DNA of 64,000 bases from Dipteris shenzhenensis (taxonomy: Eukaryota). Under the pieces are notes generated by a model. It was given only the letters and a program-made list of their open reading frames with translations. It had not been told where the DNA came from and searched no databases. Each line of letters opens with the position of its first letter. Within the stretch, counting starts at the first letter, position 1. The DNA lies in the NCBI GenBank assembly GCA_047967505.1, contig CM106538.1; one strand, given 5' to 3'. Below, one piece after another: positions 25,933-36,949 of the stretch. A program made the position numbers and the translations under genes.

Positions 25933-27039
25933 ATGGCACGAGTTAAACAAATTGCTAGACCCACTGGACGTCGTTTAGACGCTATCCGTTGTCCTCCTCA
26001 CAACGCCATGGCCTCCGAACATACTGCAAGCCCTAGTGGCCAAGAGGGCAATGATCACCAAGGATCTGAAGGCGATTCTCCTCATCATGAGTCCAAGCAA
26101 TGCGAGTCCCCACCATCCGACTCTCATGGGGGGATCTCAGCACCATGAGGAATCCCAACACGATGAAGGATCCAAGCACGATGAGGGGTCCTCTCAGTCC
26201 TTCCACACAACTAATGGTGGAAGTAGAGAGGTCTCCCGAGAGGGGCAAAATAGTCCACTCAATCCTGATCAACTGCCCCTCCCTCCTCCGTGGGGTCCTG
26301 GCGTGGAGCATCTAGACCAACAAGGGGAGAAAGAAAGGCAAAGAGAGGAGATGGAGAGATTACAAGGGCCACAAGAAGAGGAAGTATTTGGCGAGCTCGT
26401 AGATATCTTGAACCTTGGCCCCAATCCTCCAACCAAGCAGACCGCACGGAAGAGCACCATCAACCCTCTGTGCCTCGAGATGATCAGATATGAGGAGCCT
26501 CTAGTATGAGCTGAGCAAGAGCCTCAGCTTGCTGTCTCACAGCCTCGTGAAAAGGAAAAGAGACCAAGGACAAAGCAGACCCCTAGGCATGAGAGGCCAC
26601 CTCGAATAACCCAGCAGACACAGGAAGAGGAGTCTGAAGAGGTGGTTGTAAGGGAGGAGAGGCGAAAGAAGTTCAAAGCAAACAAGCGGCCATGGAGCCA
26701 TGTCCAAAGGCCAGTGCAGGGTCCCCACAGATTAAGAGGCGCAAAAAATCAGGAGTGAAGGCACTTCAAGAGATCTGCAAGTTCCAAACCATTGTGGACG
26801 ATCTCATTCCCCATGCACCCTTCTAGCGTGTTGTACATGAAATAGCATAGCATTACAAGAGTGATGTGTGTTTCACTTCAGGCGCTATGGGAGCAATTCA
26901 GGAGGCAACAGAGAAGATGACACTAGGTCTTTTTGAAGATGCGAACTTATGTGCTATCCATGCCAAAAGAGTAACAGTGATGGACAAGGACCTTGCACTC
27001 GCCAAGCGCATCCGCTCTGATCCCTCCCTTAGGCCCTAG
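25933..27039 (+). pseudogene. Divergent histone H3-like gene with a very long N-terminal tail (~370 codons), disrupted
   Basis: Starts MARVKQIAR. The histone fold (26731-27039) reads [99 protein letters not shown], colinear without gaps with canonical H3. Stops at 26507, 26824 and 26848; two inferred frameshifts (~26130 and ~26600-26640). Confidence 0.92.
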
Positions 27040-27201
27040 ATGTTGTTTAGGTTCATTTGGTGTAACATGAATCATTTTGTAAATCTCTGCCCTTTGAGGC
27101 CAGTTCTATTACTGTTCCCATGTTATTATACATGTTATGTGATGCTTTCCATCAGTTTATGCAAGTTCAGTGTGAATTTGAGTGGTCAAATGATGTTTTT
27201 T

Positions 27202-27394
27202 CACCACACGACAGAAGGCAAATGTGTTCGGCATCGTGCGGGGAGCCCAAAAATGGCAAAACCTGCTATGTCGCATATGGGGCCTGTTTGACGCGCGATG
27301 AGCCCAAAAATGGCCCCATATGCACCATAGCGGGTTTTGCCATTTTTGGGCTCCCCGCGCGATGCCGAACACATTTCCCTTCTGCCGCGCAGTG
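27202..27394. repeat. Foldback/MITE-like inverted repeat (~83-bp arms, ~27-bp loop) with CAC...GTG termini
   Basis: The left arm CACCACACGACAGAAGGCAAATGTGTTCGGCATCGTGCGGGGAGCCCAAAAATGGCAAAACC...ATATGGGGCC pairs with the right arm ending CTTCTGCCGCGCAGTG. Confidence 0.9.
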
Positions 27395-27617
27395 AGATTC
27401 TTACTGGATTGCTCAGAAATGACCATTATAGCGCAAATATTTATCTGATCGCATGCTTTTGAACAAAATAGTGAATGAAAATATTAATGCCAACAACAAT
27501 TAGAGTTACAAAATACAATGATAGTATAAAATAAATTTTGCAAAAGAACACAAAATGGGGCACTGTATAAAAAGTATAGCTATATTCATATAAAATAAAA
27601 TTTCTATACAAAAGGCT

Positions 27618-29664
27618 TCAGAGCCTTTCTCTCTTCTCTAAAACACTAAGAACATTGGGCTTTGAATTCCCAAATACACTCCTAGCTCTAAACCTAGTCA
27701 ATAGAGAGTCATTGCTATTGTCGTTGCTGGCCACGGACATGGTTGCTACCGTCAATGCCATACCTTGAAAATTGGTTCCAAAGGCATTGAGGAAAGCCAT
27801 GCGGTTCACCAAAATGACCTTGTCAGCATTGCGATTGATGTCAGCATGACCAATCACTCTTGACAAGGCCTTGCACTTCAGGAGGTCATCAGTGCCATGT
27901 GTAGAAAACTTTTGTGGATAACCACAAAGCGCCCTTTTGCTTGGCCAAGGTAATGTGCCAGTGAGAGTGATCTCGGTCGAAGCTACTGCGAACAAGGCGT
28001 TGCCGAGATGAGAATAGGTCGACCTCAAATGCCTCCTGCAACAGTCCAACATTACATTAGAATTACATTAAAGCAAAAGTATACCAAGAGAGGAGAAATT
28101 CAAAGCTCATAGTTTCTTACCACTATGGAGTCATCATGCTCAATCCCTTCCTCTTTGTCAATGAGGATGGATCTAGAGGCCTCCTGCTATCTGGAGTGAG
28201 ATGTGGAGGCTTCTTCTGGAACATCAGGTAGGTCGGAGTATATTGATGTCTTTGCATCTTTGATTTGGTCCAGTGTTAAAGCAAGAACCTCTTCTATTGA
28301 ATCATCTGCTCCCAAAAACTCAGGTTCTTGCATAGTCGTGTCCACCTCGTATCCACACAAGATACCAAGAGCTTCATCCTCCCGGAGACCAATTATAAAC
28401 TCTATGTCATGGAGAAAGAGGTATTGTTCTCCATCGACAAGAAGGGGAGCAAGAAACCATATCATTGTTGCGGGGTCAACAGAGGTGGTGCCCAAGGTGG
28501 ATGGAATTTGAGAAGTAGAATGGGGTTCAGGAGGTCGCTGGAGCACTTCCAGGGCCAATGCAGCTTTCCGCTCCTCGGCTTCTTCATCTATGGGCTCTTC
28601 ATTATAGATGTTGGGCTCATCTACACAAATAAGAGGAACGGAAAGGGCAGGGCCAGGGTCAGCAGGGCTTGAGGTCGAGGCCTCCTCTTCCATTTGTCCC
28701 TTCTGGAGAAGGAAAATAAAGGTCATTTCCTAGGATAGGAACCTATTTCATGTGTTTCCGATGACTCCATATGCTAGGAGGTCATCAGTGTCCACCTCCC
28801 TAAACCCTAAGGGTGTGAGCTAGGCTCGAAAGCGATCTAAACGCTTCACAAACCTAGGTTCTTGATTGAACAAGTACTACAAATAATCAATTGGGACCCA
28901 TCTTTTTGTAGACTCATCAAGTTGATATGCAAAACTCGCAATGTAGTCTTGCATGTACTTGATGAGGTCTTCAAAATCATCTCAGGCTCCCAAGTAGGTG
29001 CCTAGGACATCTATGCTCTTATCAAAGACTAGAAATAACTCCTCCTCTCTATCAATTAATGGAGTAGGGGAGATGAAATCGTGGAAGGCAGACCTAGCAA
29101 AATCCATGGTAGTTTGGTGGCTAGGAGAACTATGGCTATGATAGTGAAACTTTGAAACTAAAGTAACTAAATCCTCATGAATGGCAGTAAACTTACCTAA
29201 GAAGCACTTGACTGGTTCCCACTCCTCAAAGTCTGAAGGAAATACATCTGCTATGCACAAGTGCTATTTCAAAATACAATTTCAAACTGACTCATTACAC
29301 TAGTTCTATTTCAAAATACAATTTCAAGCTGACTCATTACACTTCAAAATCTTACAGAAAATGCAGACTTACAATGTGATGGTATTGTCGATTGATTGCT
29401 TGACGGAGGAAGGCACATGTCCTTCCCCATGTAGATGTGTTGCACCTTTGCAAGCAATCCTTTCTTCCCAAGCTTGAACTTCATGATGCGGCCCTTCCAT
29501 TCATGCAAAAGATCACCTCTTTTGCTCTTGGGAAGCTTATGTGGACCCTTGGCAGATCCTCTCATGACTATCCAATCATTCAAGCTATAGGTGCAAGGCA
29601 CCCATTCACCCAATGCGTTTTTGCTCCTGTGGGACACATAGTACCTGTATGGTCTCCTCACCAT
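27618..29664 (-). pseudogene. Spliced gene with N-terminal BAH-like domain and acidic central region (exons ~29373-29664, ~28121-29250, ~27618-28035), disrupted
   Basis: Exon 1 reads MVRRPYRYY...TYSLNDWIVMRG...EWKGRIMKFKLGKKGLLAKVQHIYMGKD. It splices (GTAAGT at 29372, AG at ~29251) in frame to VFPSDFEEWEPVKCFLGKF, matching the BAH pattern Y-x-GD-x-V...GRI...V-x-W-Y...LF-x-S...P-x-x-x-I-x-GK. Exon 2 continues in the same frame through several stops into ORF 28187-28726. The frame of the last exon is uncertain. Confidence 0.62.
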
Positions 29665-29789
29665 GCTTGTACAGAGGTCACAACAGCAATAGTGGACTAG
29701 AAAGTGTAGCTTGGAGGGAGAGAGCAGCTCTAATAGAGGGAGAGAGAGAGGGAGAAGGTATAGAGGGTGCAACTGAAGCTTGAGAGAAG

Positions 29790-30030
29790 CTCCAAGAGGT
29801 GCTGTAGCTAGGAATGGAGGGAGAAAGAGTAGAGGGGGATGAGCAGCTGCTCCAGGAGGTGTTGTAGCTAGGAATAGAGGGAGAAAGTGTAGAGGGGGAT
29901 GAGCAGGAACTACAGGAGGTACTATAGCTAGGAATGGAGGAAGAAAGAGTAAAGGGGGATGAGCAGCTGCTACTGTAGGAGGTGCTATAGCTAGGAGTGG
30001 AGAGAGAATGAGCAACTGCTACAGGAGGTG
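29790..30030. repeat. ~60-bp tandem repeat (about 4 copies) in the leader of the BAH-like gene
   Basis: The unit GCTGTAGCTAGGAATGGAGGGAGAAAGAGTAGAGGGGGATGAGCAGCTGCT...GGAGGT recurs at 60-bp spacing. Confidence 0.85.
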
Positions 30031-30728
30031 CTGAAGAGGGAGAAACATAGTGGACCAGAGCAGGAGGGGGCAGAGAAGATGCCAAATGCATTCCCACATT
30101 TGAAAAATGGAGGGAGAATGGAGCTAGACCAGAGAAGAGGAGGGGGCAGGCCTATAACAAGCTGAGAGGGGGGGAAATTTTGCCTAGAAGGGCCCACCAC
30201 CTCTTGAATGACTTGTAGGTTTGTTTGGGGGAGGTGCATATGGGAGAAGGGTCAAGCATGGGTTGAGGAGGGGGGGGATGGCTTGAGTGGTCCCCGATGT
30301 AAGAGGAGTAGCCAATAGGGGCTATTTGCAGGTCTGCCCACCCTGCACCTCAACGTGGCATTGCCCCACAAAAAGGATCACTCCCATTGGTACACCTCAA
30401 ATACCTCACTAATCCCTTGAAATTAGGAAACACTAATTGGGGGCCCTTTGGAGGCCCCAATTCTCCCCTAATGCTTAGGGGAGTGAAGACATGGACACCT
30501 CGCATGAGGAGGACATCGCTCGTCATGAGGAGGACAGCGCTCGTCACATCCGCATTGATTCATCCTCCTCCCGCCATGGATTGATCGGAGGGCATGACCC
30601 TGTACTTGGAGGAGGCTGGGGAAGCTAGTCGTGCACTATCTCACTGTAGGCATAGAGACCTAAAAGCTCCTCCTACAGTGAGGGCTTCTCATGAACACCC
30701 CATGCACAGGGGGACATTGGCAGCAATA

Positions 30729-30760
<32 letters not shown>

Positions 30761-30766
30761 CACACA

Positions 30767-30826
<60 letters not shown>

Positions 30827-30841
30827 GTGTGTAGGTGTGTA

Positions 30842-33800
30842 GGTGAGAGAGAGAGAGGAGAGCTCCCATCATATAGGCAACCTCTGCATCATCTTCCAGC
30901 CCCCGTCCTTTGCTGTCAGCCTTTGTACGGCATCTATACGGCCTTCTTATTGCATCCCTACAATCTACGTAGCCTTCCCTGCTAGTCTCTGTTCTGTACA
31001 GGCTACCGTTTGCACCCTGTACAATTCATCTAGTTGGGTATGCCGTATGCTCTTGTCACTTCTGTACGGTGCTGATAATCTTGCCAATCCGTACAGTTGT
31101 TTCACATCTTTGCAAGCTGCCGATTTTCGTATAGACAGTACTACCCGTACAAGCGTTGGTTGGCCTCTGTACCTGTATAAGTGTTGGTTGACCTCTATAC
31201 TTGCTCAACATTTTTGTACAATTTTGGTGATCCATACAGGCTGCTGCATTTTTTGGTGCAGGCTAGGTGGTGCTCCCTCGTGTGCCACTGCTACTCCCCA
31301 TTGATCCCTCTTCTTCTCCTCTTTCTTTGTTTCCTTTTCTCGTTTCGGTTAGCCTGGTGTAAACTCCTTTCTAACCTTTGCCAAGGTGTTTCCTTGCATA
31401 TATCCCTTTCTCTTGTCCAGCTCTTTTTCCATCTTCTCCTTCTTTGCCCCTTCCTTTTTCAGTTCCTTGCTTCTCCACTTCTTCAACTACAATGGCAGAT
31501 TGTCCCTATGAGAAGACATTTCAAAAGGATAGGTCCATTTCGAATAACAAACAAAGGCAGGTGATGGGTCAGGATGACCCCTTCATGCCTCTGCAGAGGC
31601 TCAGCTTGTCTACGAAAGTGATGCATGAAGGTCTTGAGGATACCTGAAAGGGTTGGAAAGATCCACTTCCCACAATAGGTATCATGGTTGATATGGATGA
31701 CATCTTTGATCTTGTCAAGGAATATGCTAAGCATGCCATTCTTATTTTCTTTCCTGGATGTATGCGTGCTGCTACAGATGTGGGCAATTGGTTGACTAGA
31801 ACCCTGGGTGGGTGTTATGTCAAAAAAGTCCACTATATAGCAGCAAGGGGTTTTTTTGAGATCATCATGGCTGATGACATAGACAGGTTTTGCTGGAGCA
31901 CTCTCCGCTCTTCTATGGCCAGCAGATGGTCCATGTCTTACCCTGGTCCCCTACCAAGGATTATCTGGCATTCATTCGGGTCGACACCACTGCCGTGTAT
32001 GGGTAGAGGTTGTGGATTTTCCTTAGTGCATGGCTTCTCTGTTGCCAAAAATTATAGCTTCTCTTGGCAAGGTGGTTTGTCCACCAAAACCAAACGGCAA
32101 TTCGAATCACTTTTGCATTTTGTGGAACACAGATAATCCCACCCTGGCTTCTTATTCGGTTATTGTCAATAATGTTTCCATGGGTAGTGCTTTTTACAAG
32201 CTGAAATGGGGGCTGTTTGTAGGAGCTTTCTTTGAATGCAAGTAGTTTGGGCATATGGCTTCGCATTGCCCTTCTCGAGCTCCCAAACTACCAGTGCAAG
32301 TCCCGCCTCCAAGTAAGAATTCAAATGCCTCTTTTGTGATGAAAAACAAAGGGGTCAAACAGTTCTTTGCTGTCCAAGATAAAGGCAAAGCTCTGGCTGC
32401 CTCGAATGCTCGTGCTCCTCTTTCTATTCCTTCGACAGCTCAGCCTCAAGTGAAGGGAAAAATTTTGGATGAAGCATGGCAAACTCCTTGAAAAGTTCTC
32501 TCTCTTAGGAGACCTTTGCCATCCAGAACTTGGAATGGTGCATCCTCACAAGGCAAAACCCCCACTGAAAATTTTGAAATTGGTTTGACTTGGGCAGCTG
32601 TCACTGCAAATCGTACCCTCTTTCCAGAAGAGGATGTTGCTGCTTTCTTGTCTTCTCCTCAAGCTGATTCTTCTTCTCAGGGCAGAGGCCCTAATCTTGA
32701 GGTGGAGATGCAAACATAGTCAGTTTGTTTGTTTGTTGTACATATATGTCCTATATCTATAAATATGCTTAACCACATCAAATGTGTTACAGTCAATGTA
32801 CAGGGTTTGTGTGATCATAGAAAGTGGAAACTTGTGTGGATGTATATCAGTCAATTGCAGCCAAACATAGTGGCTTTGTAGGAACATAATCAGCACGTGT
32901 ATGCTAGTCACATAGGACATTTTGTTGGTTATTATATTTTCTATGCTGGAGAGCACTCTTTATCTGGGGTGGCTTTTTTGGTAAGGCATGATCTGTTGTG
33001 GCTCTCAATAATCGCCATGGTAGATGGATTATTATGCAATGCCTGGTTCAAGGAGAAATATTTGAATTTGCATTGGTTTGTGCCCCTCAATCTTCCAATG
33101 ATTGAGCGTTGATTTGGGATGCCATGCATAATTATCCATGGAGACAATGCTCTGCAATCAAGAGATAATACTTCGGGCCACACTCATATGTTGGCTTCTA
33201 AACAGCAGGCATGGTCTGATTTTTTGGTTCAGTTGCGTTTTGTGGACTTCTGAAAGGAATTACAGCCCACGCTCCCGGGCTATACCTTTCAGCACAATGC
33301 TCAATCTTCCTATCAAGCATGCCTGGACAAATGGTATCAGGTTGATCCGCAGCATTGTGTGGCCTTTACTTGTCAACTTTGGGTTGATCATGCCTTCATG
33401 CATTCTGATCATGCACCTCTTTGGTTGAGGCTCTCCATGCATGACTTTCCTGATGACAGATTGCCTTGTAGAAGGCTTTTGTTGGTGAATAATAGTTATT
33501 TGGAACATGATGATTTTCAAGCTATGGTCTCTAATGCCATTCAGCCTCTCTCTTCTCAAATGCTTTTGGATCTGGATTATGGATGGCAGGCTTTTGTTGC
33601 TCGAATGCAAGCTGTGATTCAGGATTATGGTAAATCATTTATGCGAGCCACACGGGAGATTGTTGTGCATGCTAAACTCACTTGCTAGAGTCTAACTGAG
33701 CTTAGTCACCTTCGGCCTTTGTCTTCTAATGAAAGCATGCACTTATGTCAGGCCAATTCTGTCTCCAATCAAATAATCAAAGAAAGCTTGCTAAATGGGA

Positions 33801-36610
33801 AACCCGATCTCGACAAAGGGCTTTTTGGGATAAAGGCTGCTCTTCGAAATAATTTTTCAAAAGTTTGCATTGCAAATGATAGGCTACAAATATTTATCGG
33901 GTCCAGATGCCTCATGGTTCTTGGTCTTCATCTCGCTCTGAACTTGCTGATTTTTGTGTGCAGCACTTCTCCTTCCATTTTGGGCATGTGGACTTTCCTT
34001 CTCCTGAGATTTTGTCTACACGCTAGCTTCTTTTACAGCATATCCATCCAATTTTTTCTCAACCTCAAGCTTTGGAGCTGGAACTTCCCTTCACTGAAAG
34101 GGAATTATCAAATGCAGTTAGATTCTGTGGTAGATGGAAATCTCCAGGATGGGATGGCCTCCCTGTTGAATTCTTTCTTGCTTTCTGGGATAGCCTCAAA
34201 TCCCCTCTGCTGCAAATGGCTAATACAACTTGGGAAAATCAGCAAATGCCCCTATCATGGAAAAAAGGACTTGTAAAGCTCCTTCCTAAGAAGCAGATTT
34301 TTGATTTTATCTCTGATTGGAGACCAATCACGCTCATGCCAATCATTAACAAGATCATAGCTAAAATGCTTGTTGTCCGTATCAAAGGCTATCTGCATGA
34401 TGGGCTGCATCCTTCTCAATATGGCTTTCTTCCTCGTAGGCATATCATGGACAATATTGCCAATGCTTATGTTGGGATTTAATATGCTAAGTACACGCAA
34501 CAGGATGTTTTGCTCTTATAAATTGACATTGCCAAAGCTTTTGACACAGTTTAATGGGAGTTCATCTCGCAAACAATGCGAGCCTTGGGGTTTGGAATAA
34601 AAATGCAGTAGGTTATTTATTGGCTCTATAGGGATAGCAATGCTGCTTGTATTCTTTCTGGAGACATTTATGAAGAATGGACTCTTCGTTGTTCGGTTCA
34701 TCACAGGGCTGTCCCCTTAGTGCCTTACGGTATGCTATTGCTACTCATCCTATGCTACAATACATTGATCATCTAGTGGCTACACATTCTCTCCATGGTT
34801 TGAAACTGGATGAAAATCGCAGCATGGTTGCTGAGGCCTATGCTGATGATTCTTTCTTTACTCTAAGGAATACTCTGGCTGATCTTTCTGCTTTGATGCA
34901 AGCCCTTTCAGTTTATGGTTTGGCAACTGGCCTTCATGTTAACTTTCAAAAGTCTAAGTTGCTCCCATTGCATCTTAAAGACTGGCACAGTCTCTTATGG
35001 CCAGGGGAGATCATACCACCCACTCAGTTAGTTCGACGCCTTGGTTATCCTTTGGGCTGGGGACTTACTCGTCGACAACAAATTGATTGGGTTCTAATCA
35101 AGCTCTAGAAAAAGCTTGAATATTGAAACTTGGCAACTTGGCCTTTACATGTTGTGCTGTCCATACTTGTGGCATACATTCAATTTTATTTGCCTTTAAT
35201 CATGTTCGCCAAGGCAGATCTTGATTCCTTTATGTCTGTCATTATGGAGATGTTTTGGTGTTCCAAACATGCCAGAAAAAGTCTCAGACTGCTTTCTGTG
35301 CATCGAATTTGTTCTGCTAAGATGCATGGAGGTTTGAATATCACTAATATCCAGGTGCACATCCTTGTTCACAGGGGGAAAATGTTGCTGCAATTTTTAA
35401 AAAGTGATCAGCCTTGGACTCTCATGATTCAATCTCTGATCGCACATATCAGTACTCCTACTTTTTCATCATTGGCAACCCACTCAGTGGGATTTCTTGT
35501 TCGGGTGCATTGATGGCACTTTGCATGGCTATCCTATGGTCTCCAGCTTGCTTCTTGACTGGAAGCATATTCTTTCTCACTTGGAATGGCATGGTCGACA
35601 GTCTCTGATGGGTAATTCTTTGCGGGCTGAAAGCATTCACTGGTCCAAAGTTTTTCCGCCTTTGCTTGCTTTACAGGAACCTTGCCGTTCTTACTTTATT
35701 TCTTTTAAAGGGATCAATACTATTGTTATTGATGTTACTCGTGATGATGGCTCTATGCTTCCCTTTTCTCTGGCAACCACACAGTATGGTTTGGGTTCTC
35801 ATTATCGTACTTTATGGCAGCAAATCACTTGTATGCTTTCGCCTTTGGTTCCGATTCCCCCTTTGGAACTCCAGGATCGATTAGAGGATTGGACATTGAC
35901 TTCCCTTGGGTCCTCCTCTCATCCTTTGAGGCTATCTCAGATTACTATGCCTGCATTATACAAAATCCTTTTGCCTCAACCCTGGGTTTCAGAAAGGGGT
36001 AATTCTCTTTGGTGAATGCATTGGTCAACTAAGTGGTGGAGGAAAAGACTGCGGCATATTTGGCATACAAGGTTCCACTTCGGCAACAAGTTTTTTATGG
36101 TGAGTGCTTTTGGGAATTTTTCCATCTGGACAGTGGCTGGCCCGTAGGCACACTGCTCCTGCTTTATGTCATCGGTGTCTAATTCCTCAGGAGACTGTGC
36201 CTCATTTATTCAAGCATTGCCCATCTTCTCGGCAGTTTTTGGGTTCTCTTCGACAGAGGCTCCGAGCGAGATTCCGGACTCCTCTCTTCGGGAAATTTTT
36301 CTGGCTCTTTGGTTTTCATCTAGAACGACCGGAGTTTCATCTTTTCTTTGTTTGGGTTCGCTATTAGGCACTTTGGACTCTATGGACAGACCGCAATCGT
36401 AAAGTCTTTAGTGATCCCTTTTTTTTTTTTGCTTGCTTTCTTTAAGCGTTCTCTGCAACAATCTTTCTTTGATTGCTTGCAGACTCGCCAAATAGATCAG
36501 GATGTATATTTGGCTTATACTAAGATCTTTAGTTAATGTATTTTCTTGCGCCTCTTTTTTAAGGTGACTATTCTTGTAAGATAATCAATCAAAGCTTTCA
36601 CTAAAAAAAA
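30842..36610 (+). mobile_element. Near full-length L1-type LINE (family B), ORF1 plus ORF2 (EN, RT, zf-RVT), degenerate, inserted in a (TG)n microsatellite
   Basis: ORF1 zinc-knuckle remnant FFECK*FGHMASHC. EN motif SDHAPL. RT motifs KSPGWDGLPVEFF, WRPITLMPIINKIIAK, QGCPLS and YADDS. zf-RVT CHRCLIPQETVPHLFKHC. A-tail at 36603-36610, with (TG)n on both sides. Confidence 0.9.
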
Positions 36611-36949
36611 GTGTGTGTGTGTGTGTGTGTATGTGTACATATAGACACACATACACATCTACATATATAGATACATATATATATTTATATATATATATAG
36701 TCACACAGATGGATCTTCTCGAAGGACCCCCTCACAGGGAAGGGCTCCCCAACACTGATGCAGAGTCTATACACGGTTTGGCAAAGACTAGCAGCAGGAC
36801 TCTCATCTGAGCTCGTCGTCGTCGTTTGCAAGCGTCGTTTGCAAGGAGGGGAAGGAGTTCGAGCACCAGCCCCTTATCTAAAACCAAGAGATTAAGGATC
36901 AGGATGGACTCATGCTTGGATAGTGGACTCACATAGGTTGGGCTCAGTG

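Larger units (their letters stand above)
22498..30468. mobile_element. ~8-kb TIR DNA transposon carrying RAG1/Transib-like transposase, histone H3-like and BAH-domain genes
   Basis: 27-bp TIRs: GGGGAGAATTGGGGTCTCAAAAGGGCC (22498-22524) versus the reverse complement of 30442-30468, GGGGAGAATTGGGGCCTCCAAAGGGCC (25/27). TA flanks both sides. Three internal genes. Confidence 0.82.

Noticed and set aside
25933-27039. The host's functional CENH3 gene
   Set aside because: It has no evident introns, is disrupted by stops and frameshifts, sits inside TIRs, and has canonical loop-1 length and F84.
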